From Octopus bimaculoides (taxonomy: Eukaryota), in NCBI RefSeq assembly GCF_001194135.2, contig NC_068993.1:5549052-5596828 (forward strand): a DNA stretch of 47,777 nucleotides, in the 5' to 3' direction. A model generated the notes under the pieces. It was not told where the DNA came from. It saw only the letters and a list, made by a program, of their open reading frames with translations, and ran no database searches. The position numbers were made by a program, and so were the translations under genes. Positions 21,302 to 33,500 of this stretch are shown in pieces. Each line of letters opens with the position of its first letter. Position 1 is the stretch's first letter.

Positions 21302-21351
21302 TTATCGTACTGGTCTCCACTGGAGCAAAATGTCTTTGTACAGTACCGGGG
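21302..21351 (-). CDS. NDUFC2: NDUFC2 exon 3
   Basis: cattgcag|CC; PPVLYKDILLQWRPVR*. Confidence 0.85.
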
Positions 21352-24300
21352 CTGCAATGAAAGAATTGAAACAAAAAAAAAAAAAGCAATTTAAATAATA
21401 TATAAACAACACAGTACCTAGATGTTATTTTTGAAAAGGTTTAACCATATTACATTATATATATATCATCATCATTTAACATCCGTTTTCCATGTTGGCA
21501 TGGGTTGGACAGTTTGACTGAAAACTGGTAAGCTGGGGAACCGCACCAGGTTCCAATCTGATTTAGTAAGATTTCTACAGCTGGATGCCCTTCCTAACGC
21601 CAATCACTCCAAGAGTGTAGTGGGTGCTTTTTATGTGCCAGTTATGAAACACCAGCATCAGTCATCATCATCGTTTAATGTCTGTTTTCCATGCTAGCAT
21701 GGGTTGGACAGTTCGACCGGGGTCTGGGAAGCCAGGAGGCTGCACCAGGCTCCAGTCTGGTCTGGCAGTGTTTCTATAGCTGGATGCCTTTCCTAACGCC
21801 AACCACTCCGAGAGTGTACTGGGTGCTATTTACATGCCGCCAGCACAGGGGCTAGAGGAGGCTGGCAATGGTCGGAAGTCAGTCAAGGTGGTGCTGGCAT
21901 CGGCCATGTTTGGATGGTGCTTTTTACGTGCCACTGGCACGAGTCATGACTGTGATCGCACATGGCTTGACAGGTCTTCTGAAGCACGGCATATTGCCAA
22001 ATGTCTCAGTCACTGCCTCCATGAGGCCCAAGCTCAAAGAGTGCTTTTCGCATGCCAGTTACATTTCGTCTGCCGTTACTTTCTGACTTCAAATTCCACT
22101 GAGGTCAACTTTGCCTTTCATCCTTTTAGGGTCGATGTAATCGACTTAATCTCTTTGTCTGTCCTTGCTTGTCCCCTCTATGTTTAGCCCCTTGTGGGCA
22201 GTAAAGAAATAAGAAATGTTAGCACGCTGGGCGAAATGCTTAGCAGTATTTCGTCTGTCTTTACATTTTGAGTTCAAATGTCACTTGTATGACACTGATT
22301 CTTATTTACAACCAACAGATGATGGCTACACAAATCATCTACCAAATCCACTCACAAGGCCATGTGGTTCCAGGTTCAGTCCCACTGTATGGCACTTTGG
22401 GCATGAGCATCTACTGTAGCCCGAGGGCAACTAGAGCCTTGTGATTGGGTTTGGTAGATGGAGAATAAAAGAAGCTTGTCATATATATATATATGTGTCT
22501 GTGTCTCCTTGTCTAAACATAGCATGATGATTGTCACCATCCTACAAGCAGTGTCATTCCAATATTCTGTGGAAACAGGTAAAGGTTGGTGATAGAAAGG
22601 GCATCCAGCTGTAGAAAATCTGCCTCAATAAACGGTGTCTATCCTTGTTTAGTTTACAAAATTGTATAAACAGTTATAAAACTCCGGATTTCCTGACCAA
22701 ATTTATTCAACTTATCACTGGGATGGTCATTAACTAATATAGGTATAAAATAATTTAAAACTGGATCTACTTGATGCAATACTAAGTTTGATATATTATA
22801 ACCATTTAAATTTAAATTTTTTGTTTAATGATTGGATACTTACGAACTTCCGGAAACCTTTCTGGGTGTTTTGCCATGTAATCCTCTAAGTAAATCCACT
22901 TTTTGCGGTTGTAATCAAGGCGATAATTCTTAATTAAGTTTCCCAGATACAAGCCAATAAGACCAAAAGCAACGTGACGCTGAACACCTGTAAAAGAAGT
23001 TAAAAACAATATCAGATTTATTACTGATTGACACAGTGTAGCAGGTTTTTTACCATTTTTACAATTTGTACCTATGTAGACAATACGTTTTTAGAAATTT
23101 TATTTCTTAAGAAATATTATGCATCTTTGTGAGATTACAGTGCTTTGGAATTTTATTAAAAGGTGTCTCTCTTTAATGGTACCTTGGAAAAAAGAGCAGC
23201 CAATACACTCTGTAAAATGGTTGGCATTAGGAAGGACATATTGCAGTAAAAACTATGCCAGAACAAGCAGTGGAGCCTGGTGCAGTCCTCTGGCCTGCCA
23301 GCTCCTGTCAAACTGTCCGATTCGTGCCAGCATGGAAGATGAACATGAAACGCTGATGATAATGATATATACAGATAAATAGATAGTTCACTATTTTTTT
23401 TTACTGCTTTCAAGCTTCACCCTGTCACCCCCATACTCTCTTCTAAACTGTGGACAAACATGTAGCTTCTTTACACCATGAAGCCTGTTCTGCTGTGTCC
23501 CTTTCATCTCTAACACCCTCAGTGCTCATAGCCTTGCAGGCTGCATGGAGGCTTCACTAGTGCAGATGGCACAACGAAAGTAATCAGTGCATGCTGTAGA
23601 GTGGTTGGTTAAGAAGGGCATCCAGCAGCAGACACTGGAGCATGAAGCAGTCCTTGGACCCATTAGATCCTGTCTAACCCATGCCAGCATGATCTTCATT
23701 TTTATATCATCAAGTATATGTCAATCTACTTTGTGAGTAGTGCATATTATTCTTGGTCCTTGTTAAGGGCCAAGGGAGTTATCACATGTAAGCAGGTATC
23801 CTAACAAGATTCCTATGACAATGACGAACCAAACAAGTCAGTTTGCCATTCTTGAAAATGAATGATGCTACCATTGTGAGGCCCAGATTAGTCTTGGTCA
23901 GGCAGACCTATAACTAAAGGCTATCATAGCTTTTGTTTCCTTTTTCAATTTTTAACCATTCAGCATTTAAACTGGCCAGATCTGGCCTCTCGAACTAACT
24001 CTAGAATATCATTATTCTAAAAATTAACAGTTACCTCTTCAAAAATCTCAAAGCTACAAAATAATGCATGCTTCATTCAAAACGGTCTGAATAAGCATTA
24101 CACTTGATAGAGTAATTTGAATGCTAAAGGGTTAAAGCAAGACTCACAAAGGAAATGACAAAGAACCAAGGCTGCTGGCAGTTTGCTGTGCTTGACAAAT
24201 CATGTCAAGCTAAGTAAAACTGGCTGTTCATACAGGTAGGTCCTACTTCTCTCAGTTGAGAGGTCTTTCTCGTGGGTGCTGGTGCCATGTAAAAGTTCCC

Positions 24301-26744
24301 AAACCAGTACCGCATAAAAAGCACCCAGTACACCGTGAAGTGGTTGGTGTCTGGTGAGGTAGGCCATCCAGCTGTAGAAAGCATGCCAAAATAGACAAGT
24401 GGGACCTGAGCAGCTCCCCAGCTGGCCAGTTCCTGTCAAACTGTCCAAGCCATGCCAGCATGGAAAGTGGACATTAATCAATAAGTGAATGGCAAACAAG
24501 CAGAGGAAAAGTAAGGTTGAGCGGTCCCTTTAGTTCTGTTTTGACACCCCTTACACTCTAAAGTTGTTGGAAAATGACCAAAAAAAAAAAAAAAGGGCTG
24601 AGGACCCTTTGGTCTTGGTTTTTCCTTCACACCACCACTTGATAACCAATATTAGTTTGCTTGATCCCCCATAACTTTATATATTTGTGTGTCTTTGTCC
24701 TGATATTGTGTGATAGTTGTAAAGGAGCATCACTGTCACACAAGTGGTGTCCTTTGCTTCCAATATTCCATAGAAACATGTCTGGTCACAGAATTATTAC
24801 CAAAATGGTTAGTGGGTTCAGTCAACTGCATAGCACCATAAGCCAAGTAACAGCTATCATAGCATTAGGTTGACCAAAGCCTTGTGAGTGGAATTGGTTG
24901 ACGGAAACCGAAAGAAGCCTGTTGTGTGTATACTCTTGTCTAGACATCATGAGATGGTTGTAAACGAGAATCATCATCATCATTCAGACAAGATTTTGTT
25001 TCCAGTGAAAAAACATGTCTAGCTAAGGAGAAAATATTACTTTGCTTGGAAAATGGGTGAAGATTGGCAACAACAGCAGTGCTGGACTACAGAAAATCTG
25101 CTTCAACAGACTCCACCTGACTCATGCAATCTTGGAAAAGTGGGTGTTAAATGATGATGATGATGGATGCAAGCACTACAAAATTAAACTCTAGAATGGA
25201 TTAGAGGGAGCAGGTTAAAGGGCAGAAGGCCAAAAGCAATAGCGAATGATAGTAAATGTGCAGTAACCCCTACGATATGAGAAATATTACAGATTCAAGA
25301 TTTAGTATCCGGGCCATTGTTATTCCTGTTGCACATAAATGACTCGCTTATTGTCATCACCTCTTTACTAATACTTTTAGTAGACAACATCCTGATGTAT
25401 AAACATGCAAACATCAACAGATTACCATTTCCTACAGCAAGACCTAGAATTGTTAAAAGATATTTTTTACCTCTAGGCCAGGCTGAATGGCAGTGCCCAG
25501 GGCCTCTAAGAGGAAAGTATCCTCAGACTGGAGACTTGGCTGGAATGCTAGCAATAGAGTGAACTCTGCCAATGACACCCAAAACACCAAGTTGTAGTGT
25601 TAAACTGGATGTGAAATTAAGCCTACTATCCAAGTAGGCTGCAGTGGGATTTGAACTCAGAGCAGAAAAAATACCACAAGGTATCCAGACCGACACTAAT
25701 GACTAAACAGACAGCACAACAAACAAATCCATGCTTTCTGGAATCATTTTAGAAAGTAAAAAAGTAAGGTACATTGGACAATGTAGTCCAATGTACCTGA
25801 GTTTCGTTAATTTCCAAAAAAAAAAAAAAAAAAAAAGTNNNNNNNNNNTTGAAAGATTAAATTACATTAATCTTTATTCCAGTGCTAATGAGTTGATGGA
25901 ACCAGGAGAGCGTGGAATAGGTATGATTGACTAAACACCTAGGGTGGAATGGTCGTATAATTAGCGGCGAAAGAAAAAAAAATACTAGAAGGGCATGGAA
26001 TTTGTGGGCAAAATATAAAAAATTAAAAAAAAAAAAATATTCTCCCACAGAGGGAAACAACATACAGATTCCTCCTCCATGAGTTCGGAGACGGGTGTAA
26101 AAGAATTTGGTAATTTTTCAGATTAACACTCGCACAATTTTCACTAGGGTGTTAGGGTTACGGTTAGGGACGGAATTCCCTAAACCAAACCCTAAAACCC
26201 TAGCGAAGATCGTGCGGGTGTTAATCTGAAAAATTACCAAGAATTTACCTGTATCTATTCTTTTACCTGTTTCGAAGGTAAATCGTCCCACAGTACTTAC
26301 GTCTGGTACTTATGCTATCGACTTCTTTTTTGCCGAACTGCTATTAACGGGAACGTAAACAAACTAACACCAGTTGTCAAGTGATTTCTCTCTCTCTCTC
26401 TCTATCTATCTGTCTCACACATTTATCCTCCAGTGTTGTATATAATAGAGTCAATTGTGTGACCTTCCTTGTCGGCAATGATCAATTAAATCGGCTTCAG
26501 AAGAATAAAAAAGAGGTGGCAGGGAAGAAATAACATATTTTCCAAGAGCAATAAAAAAAAATGTGAATTCATATAAACAAAAGAAGAAATCTAAATCGTG
26601 GTGGGGGTCGTTGGTTCGAACTCCCTCCAAATACTCACCTGCATACACGGGTCGGTTCTTGAACATATTATGGGATACTGCTGTCAGAATACCTACAATG
26701 GTCATTCCAGCCTCCTCTGCGCTTAAATCCAAGAGACCCTTCAT
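21302..26744 (-). CDS. NDUFC2: NADH dehydrogenase (ubiquinone) 1 subunit C2 (B14.5b), 99 aa, 3 exons
   Basis: Exons 26744-26639, 22987-22844 and 21351-21302 join in frame (300 nt): MKGLLDLSAEEAGMTIVGILTAVSHNMFKNRPVYAGVQRHVAFGLIGLYLGNLIKNYRLDYNRKKWIYLEDYMAKHPERFPEVPPVLYKDILLQWRPVR*. Matches the NDUFC2 pattern (N..RRP..AG.HR; YM..HPE.F; W.P.R at C-terminus). Confidence 0.88.
21470..22650. mobile_element. Dense SINE cluster (NDUFC2 intron 2)
   Basis: Multiple copies of the window's SINE families. Confidence 0.8.
22844..22987 (-). CDS. NDUFC2: NDUFC2 exon 2
   Basis: ttttacag|GT; ...HPERFPEV C|gtaagt. Confidence 0.88.
23956..24131 (+). mobile_element. piggyBac-like MITE
   Basis: TTAA-ccattcagcatt ... 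aatgctaaaggg-TTAA. Confidence 0.7.
24240..25165. mobile_element. SINE cluster (NDUFC2 intron 1)
   Basis: Family motifs as above. Confidence 0.7.
25188..25465 (+). mobile_element. Degenerate CR1-type LINE reverse-transcriptase fragment (NDUFC2 intron 1)
   Basis: TLEWIRG...LVSGPLLFLLHIND...LVDNILMY, then frameshift DYHFLQQDLELL; matches CR1 RT W...FL...GPLLFL.YIND...FADD...LQ.DL. Confidence 0.65.
26109..26238. mobile_element. Merlin-like MITE with internal inverted telomeric repeats
   Basis: TIRs starting GGTAA (ggtaatttttcagattaacac / gtgttaatctgaaaaattacc); flanking 8-bp direct repeat AAGAATTT; same core as 2846-2919. Confidence 0.7.
26639..26744 (-). CDS. NDUFC2: NDUFC2 exon 1
   Basis: aaccATG with an in-frame TAA two codons upstream; GCA G|gtgagt. 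Confidence 0.85.
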
Positions 26745-27537
26745 GGTTTAGGTTTTTTTTATAAGTGTGACGAACTGTCCTCCAAAATAACGACCCGCGA
26801 CCTCCACACAGAAACGAGAGGAAATACGAATAGTTATACTTGTCTGACGACTCCGAGACCATTGTCACACGGTGGACGTCCAGGGGATTGTATTTTGTTT
26901 ATGTATTATAATTGATATACAAGGTGTCCACAAAGTCTGGGTACATGGAGATTAACACGTACTTTAAGAAATTATTATTTCTTATATCTAATTGGTTATG
27001 TTAAGATTTTATTTGCTCCATGTACCCACATGGGGATTAAGACATACTTTAAGAAATTATCATTTATATTTAATTGTTTGTTAAGATTTTATTTACTCCA
27101 GGTACCCAGACTTTGTGGACACCCTGCATATTACTTATTTTTTAATTAACAATAAAAATTAGAATGACTTACGTAAGTGCTACCAAATATTATTATTATT
27201 ATTGCAATTAAATATGTTTATCTTGTTTACAAGCGAAAAATACATTCACGCAAACATATATGAATTATGGTTTACATCTCTTCGAGATATTAATTTAAAG
27301 TTCGACTGAAAACCCTTCAAGGCAGTGCCCCAGCATGGCCGCAGTCAAAGGTAAAAGATATCGACGCTAAACAAATACCGAATTAGTTTCTAACTAATCT
27401 GGTAAATCATTTTTTAATTTTTTTCCTTTATTTTTCAATTCTTTTCCGTGCCCGTATTAAAGTGGTCTATTCCAAACCTCCACATCAAGGCCTAATACCA
27501 ATTAATCCTTAACTCCACATGGTTTAAATCTCTCAAA
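26745..27537. promoter_or_regulatory. Head-to-head (bidirectional) promoter region NDUFC2/POLR1E
   Basis: Divergent ATGs 793 nt apart; CpG-containing unique sequence at 26760-26885. Confidence 0.55.
26920..27126. mobile_element. Tc1/mariner-like MITE with duplicated interior
   Basis: TIRs caaggtgtccacaaagtctgggtacatggag / ctccaggtacccagactttgtggacaccctg; TA on the left; internal units 26943-27027 and 27028-27107. Confidence 0.75.
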
Positions 27538-27577
27538 ATGTTTGAAGTGAAAGAAGAACGTCCGACGTTAACACTTG
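27538..27577 (+). CDS. POLR1E: POLR1E exon 1 (candidate)
   Basis: aaaATG MFEVKEERPTLTL G|gtaatt; phase 1 as exon 2 requires. Confidence 0.6.
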
Positions 27578-30500
27578 GTAATTTATATACATATAACCAA
27601 TATTTCTTGCTTTATTCGTACCATTTATTTTATTTAGCTTTAAATATTTTATGTAAAGAGTTTTTTTTCCTTTTTCGCGATTGAATTTTTCATTTATGAT
27701 TAACTTCTTCTCACCTGGAATGTAAACATGAAAACATTGAATCAATATTGGACACTAATATTTTAAGTCAAACATTATTCTCTTTGTTAGTTATGAATTT
27801 TATACTTTAAAAGCATTATTAGACATATGTATAGCTTAATCGTTGAAGCATTACTGTTTCTGGAAGACTTCCTCTTGGTTGTCCCAATCTTATAATTATT
27901 CCTCTCTTCAGAGACATACCTCGGTATTCTTTGTTTGTAGCGAAAGAATACCCATACCTCTCTATTTTAACCAAGAAGGGGCAACCTTCTTCGAAAAGCA
28001 CTACTAAAAAATTCAAGGTAATTTTTCGTTGACATGCCATTCAGCAAGTCATGCGGGCGTAGTTTTCTGTGATTGATTTAAACCATAAATATCTTCATGG
28101 AAATGCAAATCTGTCTTATGTAGCGAAAAAGAACACTGAACCATTCATTACTTATTATATTGTTTACTATGGTGCGTATCAGCAAATAACAAGCAGCAAC
28201 AATCATTTCTTTCCAAGCATCTGTTGTCCATTAGTGGAAAACGAGGCTTTAAAAGCTTTTGTATCACGAGACACATAGTTGTAATAATTTGCTTCCAATT
28301 TCACCTTTAACTTTAATTGTCCATATTTTGGATGAATCTCTTTACTTCAATAAATTTGATTTCTAATTGTCACCTGGATAGTCTTGGATATGTACATTAT
28401 CTTGTGACATACAAGTCGACGTGAAAAATTGTAGCCATGTAGAGTAAACATATAAACATCATCACTATCTTTCGAAATTTTGCCGCATTTCACATGGAAT
28501 CTTTGGTCTGAAAATTCGACTTGTATGCTGGAAAATCCGGTATGTAATCCCAGATTGAATTCGAACTGTAAATCTCTAGGATAGTTCTTATAGCAGTTCC
28601 AAACGGCAATAACAACATACATTAATTCACCTACATTACAATATTTAATACAGAAATAAAATTATTGCACTGTAGAAAAATAAATATAATTACAAAAATA
28701 CATGCGTACATTAAATATAAAATGAATTGTGTTTTTATATACATTCCACACAGCAACTTTCTCTCATGGAAAACTTAAGAAAAAAAAGCACAAGAAGATC
28801 AAATTTCTTTCTTACCAACAAAATCAGAGTTACAATGGGAAGAGGAAACGGATTCTGGTAAGTTATTCTCAAATGAATGATTGAATATATTTTCATCTTA
28901 TCAGTATTGTAGAGTGAATCAGATATGTAACATGGCTCTGAATTGTTATAAAGAACTTAATATCCCGATCTGTCAAGCTACATGTGTATGCTATTGAAGG
29001 GCCTTGCAAAGGGCATGGATACAGCCACATGTAGAGCAGGTCAGGTGAGGTGTGGGGCATGCATTGTTGCATTGTGTGGCTGCATTCACCATTTATTGGT
29101 ATATCCCCAGGTCCTCCTGGGTGACCCATCAAGCAGAGTCCCCGTCAGTCTCTATCGCCACAACATACCTCCTCATCTGTCATGCTCATGTGGCATGTGG
29201 TCAATCAACACAAGTTGTCAACCCAGCTGGATTCTCAGTGAAGAGATCACGGTTAACAAGATCTAACTTGAAAAATCAAGCAACATGACCAAACAGTCTG
29301 AGCTGAGACTGTTTGGTCATGTCAACCAAATTAATCCTCATCATTTGAAATCCACCTTCTATGCTGGTAGAGTTTGGACAGTTTGACTGGAGCTGGCAAG
29401 CAAGACGACTGCACTGATATCTACTACCTGTTTTGACATGGTTTTTACAGCTGGATGCCCTTCCTAATGCCGACCACTTTATAGAGAGGACTGGGGCGTT
29501 TATACATGGCACTAGCAACAGCAAGCTCCGCTTTGGAATGATTTTTATAGCTGGATGTTCTTCCTAATGCTAACCACTTTACAAAGTGGGCCAATCACTA
29601 TAATAAAGGTGAGTTTTTGTGAATTAAGTCAGTGAATGAAAGACAAAGCTACAGATATTGTATTACCTTATATTTTTCAATTAACTCCTCACCTGCATTT
29701 CTTAAAAGTTTTACAAGCAATTATTTCATTTTTTAAGAAATATGAATATTTATAAAGAGTTTAATTCTATGTAGGTGTCACTAGTTTGAATTGTTTCGTA
29801 ATTAAATCATTAACTTTCCAGGTTGGGAAGACGGACTCAATATGCTATGTTGGGGACAACTTCAGTGGTGAAAAATCTAACTCTTCGGAAATGTACAAGT
29901 GAGTTTAGCAAACTTCTTGAATTAATTTCATCATCATTCTATTTTCACTCCCCGTGGTGGTATGGCTTCATCAAGTTCTTTCAATCCAACTCATTAGTGG
30001 AAACTGTTGCTTCCATAGAGCTCATGCTTGTATATGTCTTATGTCTTGGTTTCTATGGCAGGATGCCCTTCATATTGCCAACTGTTTTACAGTGTGTACT
30101 GAATACATTTTATAATAACATCCACATTTGCGAGGTTTAGTAGTCTAGGATGAGACAGGACTAAAAGAACTGCACAGCCTTGTACTTTCTTTTGAGTATA
30201 TTCCAATATTTTGTTGATATCATTATACCGTCTTGAATATCATTTTCTCATAATAATGATATTTTGTCCTCTCTTGCAGACATTATGTTGGTGTTTTAAA
30301 CAAAAATACAGGGAAAATGCAAATATGTGATGTGGAAATATTTAATTTGCATCCCAAAGTCCCAGGTAACTTACTTCAATTTCAGAGTTGAGTTGTTTAA
30401 CCCTTTTTATTCCACCCCATCTGAAACAATTCCTGGTCTTTAATAAAATTTCTCTTCCATTCTCTTTTCTCCATATTTCAGAAATACAAATAAAAGATGA

Positions 30501-33500
30501 AGATATTTCAGAGACTTTAAGTTTGTCTTACGTTGAACAGGTTTGTAACTTTTACCTTCTATTATTAATTGATTAGTTATTCATTAATTAGTTAGTAGAG
30601 TTGCAAAGATAGCATGAAGAGAAAAATCACGCACTGCTTGTAAGATTACTTGCATAAAAGTTTACCTCGTGTCTGTGTGGTAAGAAGCTTGCTTCCCAAC
30701 CACATGTTTCTGGGTTCAGTCCCACTGCATGGCACCTTGGGCAAGTGTCTACTACTATAGCCTCGGGCCAACCACAGCCTTGTGAGTGGATCTGGTAGAT
30801 GGAAACTGAAAGAAGCCCATCATATATGTATATATTTGTGTGTTTGTCCCTCCACCATCGCTTGACAATCGATGTTGGTATGTTTACGTTCCTGTAACTT
30901 AGTGGTTCAACAAAACAGACCAATATAATAAGTACCAGGCTTACAAAGAATAAGTCCTTGGGTCGATTTGTTCGACTAAAGGTGGTGCTCCAGTATGGCT
31001 GCAGTCAAATGACTGCAACAAGTAAAAAAATAAAAGAAAAATGTCTCAGTTTGTATACCTGTCCAGCCTATTTTTACTTGATTAAATGGATATAATACCG
31101 TAAATATATTAGTCATAACTTCATGGAACTGCATTGGTCTGCCATTACTGGAGCATATGATATCACAAGAATGCTACTAACATTGCTTACATTCATTTTG
31201 AAGGCAGTAAGGCAGAAAATTCTAATCCCTTCTATCATTCATTTGCGTTCTATAACAAAATCATTACAGGACTTGGCTTTATACTGTTGGTTGCCAGCTT
31301 GCGGTAGAATTTTCTGCTGTTGGAAAAGGAAGTTATGTGTTTTTGGGGGTGGGGGAGATTTTCAGCTTTCTTATTATACCTTGAATATATTAGAATTTTA
31401 AAAAATGGACAGGTGGGAATGTAAAGAAAATTTAAATATGTTACAGATGTATTAAAAAATATTTTGTGTTTTTTTTTTCCCCCCCGTTTCTTTACAGCAA
31501 CTTAGGTTGACTAATGCATTTGGCACCGTGATATCACGACGACAAATTGATAGCTATAGGAAAACCGTAGTTGATGGAACCATACTGGATGAAGCTATGG
31601 ATAGTATATTAGACCAGACTCTAAATAAGGAAGACCTCCCTGTCGAGGGTAAGTTGGCATCTCTTATTTTGAGAGGAAGTTTGGTAAAGGTTTTGATATC
31701 GCTAAATTAATTTTGATCCAAGCATAGCCAGAGGTTCACTTAACAGACGTGTGTTTCCAGATTTGATCCCACTACATAGCACCTAGAACAAATGTCTTCA
31801 AATCAGAGGTTTGTAGTGACTCAAACCTTAAAACTAAGTGGATGGAAACTGTGCAGTTCTCTATCAGATGCCCTCTATTTGTACTTGGAGTGGTGGACAC
31901 AATCCATGCCCCTTGGGTGCTTTTAGCAGAATCCAATTTATTGTATGCATTCAAATGTGAAGGTGTGTAGGCTAGTAGTTAGGGTGTTGTACTCCTGATC
32001 ATCAGATTGTTTGTTCAATTCCCAGACTGGGAAGGGTGTTGGGCCTTCAGGCATAACTGTTTACCAGGCCCCTTTGAATGTGTGTTTTAGTAGAGTTAAC
32101 ATGTAGAGTGTGGGCCCTCAGGCAGTGCCTGATTGATTGACGGATCAGTCTGCCCCTGAGACAAGGAGACAGACTCTCTGGCATACACACACACACCCAT
32201 ACATGTAGATGTAAATATGATAGGCTTCATTCAGTTTCCACCTGCCAGATTATGTTCTTGGAGGTGGTGAGCTGGCAGAATTGTTACTGCACCAGAAAAA
32301 ATACTTAGCAGTGTTTCCTCTGACCTGACATTCTGAGTTCAAATTCTGCCGAGGTCGACTACCTTTCATCCTTTCAGGGTCGATGTAGCAGTTGAACACT
32401 GGAGTTGATGTAGATGGCATCAACTCCCTACCTTCCCCAGAAATGCTGGCCTTGTACCAGAATTTGAAACCAATATTCTTTTATTCTTTTACTGGTTTTA
32501 GTCATTTGATTGCAGCCATGCTGGGGCACTGCCTTTAGTTGAACAAATCAACCCCAGGACTTATTCTTTGTAAGCCTAGCACTTATTCTATCGGTCTCTT
32601 TTGCTGAACCGCTAAGTTACGGGGTATGTAAACATCGGTTGTCAAGCGTTGGTGGAAGGACGAACGCAGACACACATATACATATATATGATGGGCTTCT
32701 TTCAGTTTCCATCTACCAGATCCACTCACAAGGCTTTGGTCAGTCTGAGGCTATAGTAGGAGACACTTGCTCAAGGTGCCACGCAGTGGGACTGAACCTG
32801 AAACCATGTGGTTGGGAAGCAAGCTTCGTACCGGACAGCCACATTCATAGCTTTCTTTTGATTTGTGTTTTATCTTTTGCATCTATAGGTGCACAACCTG
32901 AAACTCCAGAATCTAGTTTGTTACCACCCTGCAATGTTGATGCGACATCACCTGAAGATGTCTATAATCTCTCTGATAGTAAGTTTTAAATGTCTTTTTA
33001 TATTTTTTTTCCAAAATTTTGTGATTTTATTTTTCTAAATGTTACTAAACTTGAAAATATCTGATTTTAAGTGGTTGATAATAGGAAATACAGTAGTAGA
33101 AGTAGTAGTGGGAGCATTGTTGTCGTTAAGGCATCGAAATGGCAGAATCCTAATGTTGCCAGACAAAATGCTTAGCAACATTTCTGCTAGCTTTATGTTC
33201 TGAATTCAAATTCTGCCAGGGCCAAACTTTGCTTTTCATCCATTCAGGGTTGATAAAAGCAAGTTCCAGTTGATTGCTGGGCTCAATGTAATCAGTGGTA
33301 CTAACTGACCCTCTCCCCACTTTTTCAAGCCTTGCACCAATTCTAGGAACTATATGATTATCACCTAAGGCAGCGAGATGGCAGAAATGTTAGCATGTCG
33401 GGTGAAATGCTTAGTGGTATTTCATCTGTCTTTGTTCTGAGTTCAAATTCCGCCAAGGTTGATTTGCCTTTTGGGGTTGATAAATGAAGTACCAGTTGCG

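Noticed and set aside
27760-28620. NUMT hypothesis (several TGA interruptions)
   Set aside because: Translation with the invertebrate mitochondrial code resembles no mitochondrial protein and TAA/TAG stops remain.
28930-29330. ORF-rich block with weak Ingi/Nimb-like Cys motif (SCSCG)
   Set aside because: Similarity too weak to call; probably a decayed LINE fragment.
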